Made by a program: the position numbers and the translations under genes
Shown here: piece by piece, positions 16,615-26,177 of the stretch
How the letters are laid out: each line of letters starts with the position of its first letter
Position numbering within the stretch: position 1 is the first letter of the stretch
The notes under the pieces: model-generated
Seen by the model: only the letters and a program-made list of their open reading frames with translations
Told to the model about the DNA's origin: nothing
Databases searched by the model: none
Source: an uncultured Acidobacteriota bacterium
Lineage (GTDB): Bacteria > Acidobacteriota > Vicinamibacteria > Fen-336
Assembly: GCA_963831755.1 (NCBI GenBank)
Contig: CAWHRC010000009.1
Span: 793,241-857,240 of the forward strand
Length of the DNA stretch: 64,000 nucleotides
Direction of reading: 5' to 3'

Positions 16615-17760
16615 GTGAAGAGCCCGTCCGAATCCGTACCTTTCCGCCAGGCCCTGCTCGATTTCCTCGAGGCGGGTCCACGGCGCGAGGAGGCCCTGCT
16701 CGCCGAGCTCGAGAAGAGCCGCCGTCCGGGAGACCCGCTCTACTCGGCGCTGCTCTCCCTGCTCACGCACCTCAACTTCCCCGAGCGCCGGGCCGCACGC
16801 CACTGGAAGCGGGTGCTGGCGCACCGGGCGGCCATGCGTGCCGCCCTGGGGCGCGACCCGGGCCTGCGGGTGGCGCTGCTCGACTACTTCGCCAACGTGT
16901 GCGGCGAGCTGCGCAACCCGAAGGTGATCGAGATCGCGAGCTTCGAGCGCACCGAGCGCTCGGCCGTCACCGACGGCCTGACGGGCCTCTACAACCACGT
17001 CTACTTCCTGCAGGCGGTGCGCCAGGAGCTGCTGCGCTCGCGGCGCCACGGGCTCAAGGCCGCCCTGCTGCTGCTCGACCTCGACGACTTCAAGCGCGTC
17101 AACGACGAGCGCGGCCACGTCGAGGGCGACCGCGCGCTGGTGCGGGCAGCGGTGGTGCTGCGCGAGACCGTGCGCGAGATCGACCTCGCGGCCCGCTACG
17201 GCGGCGAGGAGTTCGCGGTGCTGCTGCCGGACACCACGCGGCTGGGCGCGCTGGTCGTGGCCGAGCGCGTGCGGCGCCGGATCGAGGAGCGCTTCGCGCG
17301 CCGCCGCCCGCGCCTGACGATCTCGGGCGGGATCGCGGTCTTCCCCGACGACGCGGCGACGCCGGCGGACCTCGTGGTGCGCGCGGACGCGGGCCTCTAC
17401 GCCGCGAAGGCGGCCGGCAAGAACCGGATCGTGCTGCCGCCTGCCGACCGGCGCCGCTTCCGGCGCCAGCCCAGGGCCGAGCGCGTCACGCTGTCGGCCG
17501 GCGGGCACGCCCGCGCGGCCGAGGTGAAGAACCTCTCGGACGGTGGCCTGCTCGTCAGCCTGCGCCAGCCGGTGCCGCTCGGCAGCGCGGTGACGATCGT
17601 GATCGAGCGCCGGGGGGCGCCGAAGGTCGACCTGCGCGGCGAGGTCGTGCGCGTGGAGCGCGTCTCGGGGGAGGCCGCCTACGACGTCGGCGTCCGCTTC
17701 GTCGAGCGGCGCAGGACGGAGCCGCGCCCGCGTTCCCGCCCGAAGGCCGTCGGCCAGTAG
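16615..17760 (+). CDS. diguanylate cyclase (GGDEF, GGEEF active site, RxxD I-site) fused to a C-terminal PilZ domain
   Basis: DGLTGLYNHVYF...DLDDFKRVNDERGH..GD...REID-LAARY-GGEEF...ISGGIAVFP...AD.GLYAAKAAGKNR. The PilZ motifs follow: RRRFRRQPR ... VKNLSDGGLLV. Confidence 0.85.
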   Translation: MKSPSESVPFRQALLDFLEAGPRREEALLAELEKSRRPGDPLYSALLSLLTHLNFPERRAARHWKRVLAHRAAMRAALGRDPGLRVALLDYFANVCGELRNPKVIEIASFERTERSAVTDGLTGLYNHVYFLQAVRQELLRSRRHGLKAALLLLDLDDFKRVNDERGHVEGDRALVRAAVVLRETVREIDLAARYGGEEFAVLLPDTTRLGALVVAERVRRRIEERFARRRPRLTISGGIAVFPDDAATPADLVVRADAGLYAAKAAGKNRIVLPPADRRRFRRQPRAERVTLSAGGHARAAEVKNLSDGGLLVSLRQPVPLGSAVTIVIERRGAPKVDLRGEVVRVERVSGEAAYDVGVRFVERRRTEPRPRSRPKAVGQ

Positions 17761-17800
17761 CCCGCTTTTCCGCGCCGGCGGCGCGGGCGATGATGGCCGG

Positions 17801-18586
17801 GTGAGCGTGATCGCCGTCCTCGCCGTCGCCACCGCCTGCAGCGCCGCGCCGCCGCTCCAGGACGCGAACGGCTACGTGAGGCGGCTGGTGGGCGTCCAGC
17901 GCCACCAGGAAGAGCAGCTGTCCCGCTACACCTACGACGTCTCGGAGTCCCGCGAGGACCTCGACGCCCAGGGGCGGGCGCTGCGGCGGCGGACCCGCTC
18001 CTACGAGGTCTACCACGTCAAGGGCCGGCCGGTGCGCCGGCTGGTCGCGCGCGACGGCCGGCCGCTGCCGCCGGCCGAGCGCGAGCGCCAGGACGCGCGC
18101 GCCCGCGAGCTGGCCGAGGCGATCCGCAGCGGCCGGGTGGTGACGGAGCAGCCGGGCGTGCGCATCTCGCGCATCCTCGAGCGCTACGACTTCCGCTTCT
18201 CGGGGCGCGAGGAGCTGGACGGCCGCTGCGCGCTGGTGTTCGACTTCGTCGCACGGCCCGGGGACTTCCCGCTCGAGCGCGACTTCCTGCTGCGCAAGCT
18301 CGCGGGAAGGCTGTGGGTGGACGAGCAGGACGAGGCCGTCGCCCGGCTCGACGTGCGCAACACCGGGGGCGTGAAGATCGCGCTCGGGATCGGCGCCAGC
18401 ATCTCCTCCGCCTCGTTCCACGGCGAGTTCCTGCGCCTCGAGCCTGACGTCTGGCTGCCACGCCTGCTGCAGGGCGGGGCCCAGGGCCGCAAGCTGCTCT
18501 TCTTCGGCTTCCGGGTGCGCGAGACGCTGTCCTTCGGCAATTACCGCCGCTTCGACGTGGGCGTCGGCGAGACACTGCAGCCCTGA
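17801..18586 (+). CDS. hypothetical lipoprotein
   Basis: GTG start with a lipobox-like AVATAC. 261 aa and no motif I can name. Confidence 0.5.
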   Translation: MSVIAVLAVATACSAAPPLQDANGYVRRLVGVQRHQEEQLSRYTYDVSESREDLDAQGRALRRRTRSYEVYHVKGRPVRRLVARDGRPLPPAERERQDARARELAEAIRSGRVVTEQPGVRISRILERYDFRFSGREELDGRCALVFDFVARPGDFPLERDFLLRKLAGRLWVDEQDEAVARLDVRNTGGVKIALGIGASISSASFHGEFLRLEPDVWLPRLLQGGAQGRKLLFFGFRVRETLSFGNYRRFDVGVGETLQP

Positions 18587-18636
18587 AGCCGGCCCCCGCC
18601 TGCCGCCCGGGCCTTGTGCTAATCTCGCTCGACGCG

Positions 18637-19665
18637 ATGCGACACCGTCTGGCTGCCAGCGCTCTGGCGGGCCTCCTGGCGGCCGCTTGTGGTGGCGGCC
18701 ACACCGGCCCCACGGGGCCGTCCGAGCCCCCGGTCCCCACCTACTCCGTCAGCGCGACCGTCTACTACGACGAGAACGGCAACGGGCAGCTCGACCCCTC
18801 CGAGGCGGTCCGGGTGCCCGGCGTCCAGGTGGTGATCGGGACCGGGACGGGCACGAGCGCGCCCGGGACGGGCCTGGCGACGGTCAGCGGCATCCGCGAG
18901 GGGTCCTTCACGGTCGACCTGCGCACGGAGAGCCTGCCCACCTACTTCCAGCCGCTCGCGCCGGCGACGATCACCGTTCCCGCGACCACGGCAGTCAGGA
19001 TCCCGCTGACGCTGCCGATCGGGAGCAACCAGGCAAACGTCTATTACGGCTACGGCGACAGCATCACCGCCGGCGAGGGCTCGAGCGACCGCCTGGGTTA
19101 CGGGCTCAAGCTGCAGAACCTGCTCGGGCCCTACTTCGCGCGCGCCGAGGTGCAGTGGTTCGGCCGCCCGGGCACGAACAGCGCGGAGGGTGAGGAGCGG
19201 GCGCGCAACTGGATCGGCCGGGCGCGGGCCGCCTACGTGCTGATCCTGTACGGCACGAACGACTGGCAGGACCAGACCTGCCAGAACCAGGGGCCCGACG
19301 CCTGCTTCACGATCGACCGCCTGCGCAGCATGGTCGAGATCACGCGCGGCTTCCAGAGCCTGCCGGTGCTCGGCACCATCTTGCCGGCCAACCCCGCCAA
19401 GGCGCCCGCCGGCCGCAACGCCTGGATCGACCAGATGAACGTGGAGATCAAGGCCATGGCGCTGCAGGAGCAGGCGCTGCTGGCCGACGTCAACGCGGAG
19501 TTCAAGAACGCCACGGGCGGCGGGCTCGCATCGCTGTTCTCGGACGACATCCACCCGAACGACTCCGGCTACCAGGTGCTGGCCCAGGGCTGGTTCAAGG
19601 CCATCACCCGGGCCCGCTCGGCCCCGGCCTCCTCGGCCCCGCGCTTCGGCTTTCTCCGGCACTGA
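18637..19665 (+). CDS. SGNH/GDSL hydrolase family lipoprotein
   Basis: Lipobox LAAAC. Block I is GYGDSITAG, block III is ILYGTNDW, and block V is SDDIHPNDSGY. The N-terminal ~120 aa form a carboxypeptidase-regulatory-like beta domain (inference). Confidence 0.8.
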   Translation: MRHRLAASALAGLLAAACGGGHTGPTGPSEPPVPTYSVSATVYYDENGNGQLDPSEAVRVPGVQVVIGTGTGTSAPGTGLATVSGIREGSFTVDLRTESLPTYFQPLAPATITVPATTAVRIPLTLPIGSNQANVYYGYGDSITAGEGSSDRLGYGLKLQNLLGPYFARAEVQWFGRPGTNSAEGEERARNWIGRARAAYVLILYGTNDWQDQTCQNQGPDACFTIDRLRSMVEITRGFQSLPVLGTILPANPAKAPAGRNAWIDQMNVEIKAMALQEQALLADVNAEFKNATGGGLASLFSDDIHPNDSGYQVLAQGWFKAITRARSAPASSAPRFGFLRH

Positions 19666-19731
19666 GGCCCCCAGGGGGCGCCCTCGACAGGTTTGTCGCC
19701 GGTCTGACGAGCGAGCGACATTTCTGTCAAA

Positions 19732-21270
19732 ATGCCGCGCGTGACCGCGCGGACCGACCCCCGCCAGCTCTCCGACCTGCTCGAGCTCAGCCAGACCCTC
19801 GGCGCCACCCTGAACCTGCGGACCGCGCTGCAGCGGGTGCTGGCGATGCTCGAGGAGAGCCACGGCACGCTGTCGGGCGTGATCGTGCTGCGCGAGGGCG
19901 AAACGGGCGAGCTGGCGGTCGAGGCGGCCAGCGGGGCGGGGGCGGGCGCCCAGAAGACCCGCTACCGCCTCGGCGAGGGCATCGTCGGCCGCGTGGTGCA
20001 GAGCGGCCGGCCGATCGTGGTGCCCCAGGTCAGCCGCGAGCCGCTGTTCCTCGACCGCTCCGGCGTCTTCCGCCGCTCCGGCCGCGACGAGATGTCCTAC
20101 GTCTGCGTGCCGGTCCGCGTCGAGCACCGCACCACGGGCGCGCTCGGGGTGGCGCTCGCGTACCAGAAGGACCGCAACTACGAGCAGGAGGCCAAGTTCT
20201 TCGGCGTCGTGGCCTCGATGGTCGGGCAGGCCGTGCGCGTGCACCACCTGGTCGAGGCCGAGCGCCGGCGGCTGCTGGAGGAGAACACCAAGCTGCGGCG
20301 CGAGCTGACCGAGCGCTACGACATCCGCAACCTCGTCGGCAGCAGCCGCCCCATGCAGACCGTCTACGAGCAGGTGGCCCAGGTCGCTCCCTCGGGCACG
20401 ACGGTGCTCGTCCGCGGCGAGTCGGGCACCGGCAAGGAGCTCGTCGCGCACGCGATCCACTACTCCTCGCCGCGCGCGAAGAAGCCGTTCGTGAAGGTCA
20501 GCTGCGCCGCGCTGCCGGAGAGCCTGGTGGAGTCGGAGCTGTTCGGCTACGAGCCGGGCGCCTTCACCGACGCGCGCGCGCAGAAGAAGGGCCGCTTCGA
20601 GCTGGCGAACGGCGGCACGATTTTCCTCGACGAGATCGGCGAGCTGACGCCCTCGACCCAGGTGAAGCTGCTACGCGTGCTGCAGGAGCGCGAGTTCGAG
20701 CGCCTGGGCGGCGTGCAGTCGATCAAGGTCAACGTGCGCGTGGTGACGGCGACCAACAAGGACCTGGAGCAGGCGGTGAAGGCCGGCACCTTCCGCGAGG
20801 ACCTCTACTACCGGCTCAACGTCTACCCGATCTACCTGCCGCCGCTGCGCGAGCGCAAGACCGACATCCCGCTGCTGGCCGACCACTTCATCGACAAGCA
20901 CGCCGCGGCGCACGGCAAGGACGTGCGCCGGATCGCCACCTCGGCGATCGACATGCTGATGAGCTACCACTGGCCCGGCAACGTGCGCGAGCTCGAGAAC
21001 TGCCTCGAGCGCGCGGTCGTGGTCTGCGACGCGGGCGCGATCCACGCCCACCACCTGCCGCCCACGCTGCAGACGGCCGAGGTGTCGGGCACGCAGCCCC
21101 GGCAGTCGCTGAAGGAGGCCGTGGACGCCTACGAGAAGGACCTGGTGCAGGACGCGCTCAAGAGCGCGCGCGGCAACCGCGCCAAGGCGGCGCGCCTGCT
21201 GCACACCACCGAGCGCATCCTCGGCTACGCCGTGCGCCGGCACCGCATCGACCCCGCGCGCTACCGCTGA
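19732..21270 (+). CDS. sigma-54-dependent transcriptional activator, GAF-AAA+-HTH (NifA-like architecture)
   Basis: An N-terminal GAF domain is followed by Walker A GESGTGKE, a loop reading [15 protein letters not shown] (a variant of GAFTGA), Walker [27 protein letters not shown] and a C-terminal Fis-type HTH ([17 protein letters not shown]). Confidence 0.85.
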   Translation: MPRVTARTDPRQLSDLLELSQTLGATLNLRTALQRVLAMLEESHGTLSGVIVLREGETGELAVEAASGAGAGAQKTRYRLGEGIVGRVVQSGRPIVVPQVSREPLFLDRSGVFRRSGRDEMSYVCVPVRVEHRTTGALGVALAYQKDRNYEQEAKFFGVVASMVGQAVRVHHLVEAERRRLLEENTKLRRELTERYDIRNLVGSSRPMQTVYEQVAQVAPSGTTVLVRGESGTGKELVAHAIHYSSPRAKKPFVKVSCAALPESLVESELFGYEPGAFTDARAQKKGRFELANGGTIFLDEIGELTPSTQVKLLRVLQEREFERLGGVQSIKVNVRVVTATNKDLEQAVKAGTFREDLYYRLNVYPIYLPPLRERKTDIPLLADHFIDKHAAAHGKDVRRIATSAIDMLMSYHWPGNVRELENCLERAVVVCDAGAIHAHHLPPTLQTAEVSGTQPRQSLKEAVDAYEKDLVQDALKSARGNRAKAARLLHTTERILGYAVRRHRIDPARYR

Positions 21271-21286
21271 GCCTCGGGAGGCAAAC

Positions 21287-22693
21287 ATGGACGACCGCTC
21301 CCCCCGCTCCGTCTCCCGCCGCGAGCTCTTCCGCACGGCCACGGGTGCCGCGGCCGCTCTCGCCCTGGCGCGCCCGGGCGCCGCGCAGCAGGCCTCGGCC
21401 GCGCCGCCGCCGCGGGGCGCCACGATGGTCGGCGTGCCCTTCGAGAAGAAGGAGCGAGTGCGCTTCGCCCTGATCGGCTGCGGGGGACGCGGCACGAGCC
21501 TGCTCGGCGACGTGCTGCACGTGCCGGGCGTCGAGGTGAAGGCGGTCTGCGACGTCGTTCCCGAGAAGGTGGCCAGGGCGCAGGCAACGGTCGAGAAGGC
21601 CGGCCAGCAGAAGCCGGCAGGCTACGCCGGTGGCGACCACGACTTCGAGAAGCTGTGCCGGCGCGGCGACCTCGACCTCGTCTACGTGGCGACGCCGTGG
21701 CGCTGGCACGTGGAGATGGCGCTGGCGGCGATGCAGGGCGGGGCGCACGTGGGCGTCGAGGTGCCCCCGGCGGTCACGCTCGAGGAGTGCTGGAGGCTGG
21801 TCGACGGCTCCGAGGCGACGCGCCGCCACTGCGTGATCCTCGAGAACTGCTGCTACGGCTGGAGCGAGCTGCTCGTCCTCAACATGGTGCGCGCCGGCGT
21901 CTTCGGCGAGCTGGTGCACGGCGAGTGCGCGTACATCCACGACCTGCGCGCGCTCCTGTTCGAGGACGAGGGCGAGGGGCTGTGGCGGCGCGCCGAGCAC
22001 TGGCAGCGCAACGGCAACCTCTACCCGACCCACGGCCTGGGCCCGCTGGCGCTCTACATGGACATCGGCCGCGGCGACCGCTTCGCGCGGCTGGTGTCGC
22101 TGAGCTCGCCCTCGCTCGGCCTGCAGAGGTACCGGGAGCACGCGCTTGCGGCCGGCGACCCCAAGCGCGAGGAGCGCTACGCCTGCGGCGACGTCAACAC
22201 CAGCCTGATCCAGACCGCGCAGGGGCGCTCGATCGTGCTGCAGCACGACGTCGTCTCGCCCCGACCGTACAGCCGGATCAACATGCTCGGCGGCACGCTC
22301 GCCACGTTCGCCGACTACCCGCCGCGGATCTTCTTCGACCCGGCGAACGCGCTGGCGCCGCCGCGCGACAGAAAGCGCCCCGAGGAGTGGTCGCCGGTGA
22401 CGCAGTCGCGCAAGAAGCGCCGCAAGGGCGGGATCGAGGACCGCTTCGAGCACCCGCTGTGGACGCAGCTGGAGCGCGAGGCGAAGGCGAGCGGCCACGG
22501 CGGCATGGACTACGTGATGAGCTGGCGGCTCGTGCAGTGCCTGCACGAGGGTCTCGTGCCCGACCTCGACGTCTACGACGCGGCCTCGTGGAGCGCGCCC
22601 TCGGCCCTCAGCGAGGCCTCGGTCGCGAAGGACGGCGCGCCCGTGGAGTTCCCCGACTTCACGCGCGGGCTGTGGAGCCGCAAGCGGGCCTGA
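21287..22693 (+). CDS. Tat-exported Gfo/Idh/MocA-family oxidoreductase, glycoside hydrolase family 109-like
   Basis: GGGAGG precedes the ATG. The Tat motif is SRRELFRTATGAAAA. The Rossmann region is RFALIGCGGRG, and VYVATPWRWH is present. Overall layout resembles GH109 alpha-N-acetylgalactosaminidases. Confidence 0.7.
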   Translation: MDDRSPRSVSRRELFRTATGAAAALALARPGAAQQASAAPPPRGATMVGVPFEKKERVRFALIGCGGRGTSLLGDVLHVPGVEVKAVCDVVPEKVARAQATVEKAGQQKPAGYAGGDHDFEKLCRRGDLDLVYVATPWRWHVEMALAAMQGGAHVGVEVPPAVTLEECWRLVDGSEATRRHCVILENCCYGWSELLVLNMVRAGVFGELVHGECAYIHDLRALLFEDEGEGLWRRAEHWQRNGNLYPTHGLGPLALYMDIGRGDRFARLVSLSSPSLGLQRYREHALAAGDPKREERYACGDVNTSLIQTAQGRSIVLQHDVVSPRPYSRINMLGGTLATFADYPPRIFFDPANALAPPRDRKRPEEWSPVTQSRKKRRKGGIEDRFEHPLWTQLEREAKASGHGGMDYVMSWRLVQCLHEGLVPDLDVYDAASWSAPSALSEASVAKDGAPVEFPDFTRGLWSRKRA

Positions 22694-22712
22694 GCGTCAG
22701 CGGGCCCCTTCG

Positions 22713-22718
22713 GCTAAG
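22713..22718. repeat. left copy of the 6-bp target-site duplication GCTAAG
   Basis: An identical hexamer abuts the outside of both IS ends. Confidence 0.7.
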
Positions 22719-22730
22719 CGGAAGTTCCCG
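22719..22730. repeat. IS left terminal inverted repeat
   Basis: CGGAAGTTCCCG is the exact reverse complement of 24671-24682. Similarity continues imperfectly inward. Confidence 0.75.
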
Positions 22731-22840
22731 CCGAGTGACGGCTCTGCGCCGCTGACAAGCGGCTGAGCGTCAAGCACATCACGTGTACCGGGGGGTTCGC
22801 TGGCCGGCATTGTGTAGACATGTAATACGCCATAGTGCCC

Positions 22841-22869
22841 TTGACAGGATGGACTGTAGTGCTTATGTT
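22841..22869 (+). promoter_or_regulatory. IS-internal sigma-70 promoter for the transposase (leaderless-type)
   Basis: TTGACA-17 nt-TATGTT. The -10 hexamer ends 5 nt before the transposase ATG (22875). Confidence 0.5.
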
Positions 22870-22874
22870 GTAGT

Positions 22875-24606
22875 ATGTACGTCGCCACCGTCCCCAACCG
22901 CAACTCCCCCCCCGCCATCCTCCTGCGCGAGAGCTACCGCGAAGGCGCCAAGGTGAAGAACCGCACCCTCGCCAACCTCTCCCACTGGCCAGCAGACAAG
23001 ATCGAGTCCTTGCGCGCCGTGCTGCGGGGCGTCACGGCGCCAGCAGCACTCGAGCAGGGCTTCGAGATCGTTCGCACCCTGCCCCACGGCCACGTGGCGG
23101 CGGCGCTGGGTAGTCTTCGCCGGCTCGGCTTGGACTCTCTGCTCGCCACGAAGCGCTCGCGACCGCGGGACCTGAGCGAGGCGATGATCGTGGGACGGCT
23201 GATCGAGCCTCGCTCGAAACTCGCCCTGGTCCGCTCGCTCGGTGAGCAGACCCTATCGAGCAGCCTGGCACAGGTCCTGGGGGTTTCGGATGCGGAGGCG
23301 GACGAGCTCTACGAGGCGATGGACTGGCTGCTCGAGAGGCAGGAGCGGATCGAGACGGCTCTCGCCAAGCGACATCTCACCGAGGGGACGCTCGTGCTCT
23401 ACGACGTCAGCTCGACCTACTTCGAGGGCCGCCAGTGTCCCTTGGCTCGGATCGGACACTCACGTGACGGGCGCTTCGATCGCCCGCAGATCGTCTTCGG
23501 GCTGCTGACCGACGCCGAGGGCTGTCCCGTGGCGACCGAAGTCTTCGACGGCAACACCGGTGATCCCAAGACCGTGCTCGCCCAGGTGAAGAAGCTGCGC
23601 GAGCGTTTCTCTCGAGCGCGTCGTACTCGTCGGGGATCGGGGGATGATCACCTCCGCCCGCATCGAAGAGGATCTCAAGCAGGCGCCCGGCCTTGATTGG
23701 ATCACGGCGCTTCGCGGGCCGGCCATCCGCAAGCTGGTCGACACCGGAGCCCTCGACGTGTCGCTCTTCGACGAGCGTGATCTGGCCGAGATCTCCTCTC
23801 CCGACTACCCAGCAGAGCGGCTCATCGTATGTCGCAATCCGCTTCTGGCCACGGAGCGCAAGCGCAAACGCGAGGATCTGCTCCAGGCGACGGAGAAAGA
23901 ACTTGAGAAGGTGGCTGTGGCCACCCGACGGGGCAAGAACTCACTTCACGGCAAGGACAAGATCGGGCTCCGGGTAGGGCGCGTACTCGGCCGATTCAAG
24001 ATGGGCAAGCACTTCAAGCTCCAGATCGCAGACGAGCGCTTCGGCTACCAGCGTAACCAAGACACGATCGCTCAGGAGGCGGCGCTGGACGGGATCTACG
24101 TCATCCGAACCAGCGTCGCCCTCGCAACGCTCAGCCCCGAAGACGCCGTCCTCTCCTACAAACGCCTCGCCCACGTGGAGCAGGCCTTCCGCAGTCTCAA
24201 GACCGTCGACATCAAGCTGCGCCCCATCCATCACCATCTCGCCGATCGCGTCCGGGCTCACGTCTTCATCTGCATGCTCGCCTACTATGTCGAGTGGCAC
24301 ATGCGCCGCGCTCTCGCCCCCATGCTCTTCGAAGACGACGACAAACCCTCAGCCGCACGCCGGCGCCGCTCCGTTGTCGCCAAGGCGCTGCGCTCCGAAA
24401 AAGCCGACCGCAAAGCGCAAACCAAGCTCACCGCCGACGGGTCTCCGGTCCACAGCTTCCAGACCCTGCTCGAGGACCTGGCCACCGTGGCCAAGAACAC
24501 CCTGCAGCCCAAGAACGGCTCGGCCAAGCCGTTCGAGATGATCACAACCCCGACGCACCTGCAGCAGCGAGCCCTCGACCTGCTCGGCGTCTCCATCCGG
24601 CTGTAG
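22875..24606 (+). pseudogene. IS1634-like DDE transposase interrupted by a frameshift
   Basis: Track ORFs 22875..23696 and 23644..24606 are two halves of one protein. Frame 1 reads ...KKLRERF, then the expected continuation LERVVLVGDRGMITSARIEEDL is in the +1 frame starting at 23611, so the shift lies in the tttctctc run at 23607-23611. The C-terminal YKRLAHVEQAFRSLK motif is typical of the IS4 superfamily. Confidence 0.75.
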
Positions 24607-24670
24607 GCAGTACCAGACCAGCCGAGCCCACATACCCACAGCCAGATCAGGAACTTCCGTCTATCGCCGT

Positions 24671-24682
24671 CGGGAACTTCCG
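24671..24682. repeat. IS right terminal inverted repeat
   Basis: CGGGAACTTCCG. A second subterminal copy of GGAACTTCCG lies at 24650-24659. Confidence 0.75.
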
Positions 24683-24688
24683 GCTAAG
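24683..24688. repeat. right copy of the 6-bp target-site duplication GCTAAG
   Basis: Matches 22713-22718. Confidence 0.7.
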
Positions 24689-24838
24689 GTCGCCGGGTGG
24701 CGGCAACGCGCATGTCGGACATTCCTGTCGGCGGCTGGAGAGCGCTCCGACGATCGTGTCGTGTGCGGCCGAACAGGTCGCTGCCGCCCAACTCTCTGTA
24801 TTTTCGAACGATGGCGTGTGGGTCGGCCTCCCGGTCGC

Positions 24839-24855
24839 TGTGCACGGTCCTTGCT
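24839..24855 (+). promoter_or_regulatory. weak sigma-54-like -24/-12 element upstream of amtB
   Basis: TGTGCACG-gtcc-TTGCT compared with the consensus TGGCACG-N4-TTGCW. The spacing and -12 element fit, but one of the invariant GG positions is T. It ends 26 nt before the amtB ATG. Confidence 0.2.
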
Positions 24856-24881
24856 GGAGGTCACGGCGGGGGTGTCTGCGA

Positions 24882-26177
24882 ATGGAGCCGACGACGAGCT
24901 CGCCCGACGTGGCGTGGATGCTGGTCTCGACCGCGCTGGTGCTGCTGATGACGCCGGCGCTCGCGTTCTTCTACGGCGGCCTCGTCCGCTCGAAGAACGC
25001 GCTCAACACGATGATGATGAGCGTGGCCGCGCTCGGGTTCGTGGGCGTCGCCTGGGCCGTGCTCGGCTACACGCTGGCCTTCGCCGAGGGCGGGGCGCTC
25101 GTGGGCGGCCTGGAGCACGCGTTCCTGGCGGGGGTGGGGCTGCAGGCCAAGGGCACGATCCCGCAGCTGCTGTTCATGGCCTACCAGGGCACGTTCGCGA
25201 TCATCACCGCCGCCCTCGTCTCGGGCTCGATCGTCGAGCGCATGCGGTTCGGGCCCTACCTCGTCTTCATCACCCTGTGGAGCCTGCTGGTCTACGCCCC
25301 GATCGCCCACTGGGTATGGGGCGGAGGCTTCCTGGCCAGGCTGGGGGCCCTCGACTTCGCCGGCGGCACGGTCGTCCACGTGAACGCGGCGGTCGCGGCG
25401 CTGGTCGCCGCGCTCGTGATCGGCAGGCGCAAGGACTACGCCCGCCAGGCGATCCTGCCGCACAACGTCCCCTTCACGCTGCTCGGCGCCGGCTTGCTCT
25501 GGTTCGGCTGGTTCGGCTTCAACGCGGGCAGCGCGCTGGCCGCAAACGGCATCGCCGCGCTGGCGTTCACGAACACGATGCTGGCGCCCGCCGGGACGCT
25601 GGTCGCCTGGACGCTCGTCGACCTGCTGCGCAGCGGCAAGGCCACGGCGGTCGGAGCCGCGACCGCGATCGTGGTCGGCCTGGTCGCGATCACGCCCGCG
25701 GCCGGCTTCGTCGGCCCGATGGCGGCGCTGGTGCTGGGCATCGGCGCCGCGTTCCCGAGCTACTTCGCGCTGCTCTACCGGGCGCGCACGCGGCTGGACG
25801 ACTCGCTCGACGTGGTCGCCGCCCACGGGCTGGGCGGCACGTTCGGTGCGCTGGCGACGGGCGTGCTCGCGTCGAAGGCGTGGAACGGGACGGCCGACGG
25901 GCTGCTGTTCGGCAACCCGGCACAGCTCGGGATCCAGGCCGTGGCCGTGCTCGCGGCGGTCGTCTACAGCGCCGTCGGCAGCTACGTGCTGCTGAAGCTG
26001 ATCGGCCTGGTGTCCGCGCTCAAGGTCGCGCAGCGCGAGGAGGGCATGGGCATGGACGTGAGCCAGCACGGCGAGGAGGCGTACGCCGAACACGACGGCG
26101 CGGTCCTGATCCTGGCGCCGGCCAAGGCCGCCGGCGAGCCGGCGGCGGCGCTGGCCGCGGAAGGGGGTGTCCGATGA
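24882..26177 (+). CDS. amtB: ammonium transporter (Amt family)
   Basis: DVAWMLVSTALVLLMTPALAFFYGG, FAGGTVVHVNAAVAAL, LLWFGWFGFNAGS and DDSLDVVAAHGLGGTFG are canonical Amt blocks. The track ORF start at 24294 is an artefactual extension into the IS end. Confidence 0.9.
   Translation: MEPTTSSPDVAWMLVSTALVLLMTPALAFFYGGLVRSKNALNTMMMSVAALGFVGVAWAVLGYTLAFAEGGALVGGLEHAFLAGVGLQAKGTIPQLLFMAYQGTFAIITAALVSGSIVERMRFGPYLVFITLWSLLVYAPIAHWVWGGGFLARLGALDFAGGTVVHVNAAVAALVAALVIGRRKDYARQAILPHNVPFTLLGAGLLWFGWFGFNAGSALAANGIAALAFTNTMLAPAGTLVAWTLVDLLRSGKATAVGAATAIVVGLVAITPAAGFVGPMAALVLGIGAAFPSYFALLYRARTRLDDSLDVVAAHGLGGTFGALATGVLASKAWNGTADGLLFGNPAQLGIQAVAVLAAVVYSAVGSYVLLKLIGLVSALKVAQREEGMGMDVSQHGEEAYAEHDGAVLILAPAKAAGEPAAALAAEGGVR

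Larger units (their letters stand above)
22719..24682 (+). mobile_element. insertion sequence, IS4 superfamily (IS1634-like), 1964 bp
   Basis: Bounded by inverted repeats CGGAAGTTCCCG (22719-22730) and CGGGAACTTCCG (24671-24682), and flanked by the direct repeat GCTAAG. It carries its own promoter and a DDE transposase, and looks visibly less GC-rich than the flanks. Confidence 0.8.

Noticed and set aside
24294-24881. N-terminal extension of the amtB ORF (track start 24294) and other ORFs reading across the IS right end.
   Set aside because: The extension runs through the transposase 3' end and the IS inverted repeat and has no Amt similarity. The conserved Amt N-terminus begins at ATG 24882.
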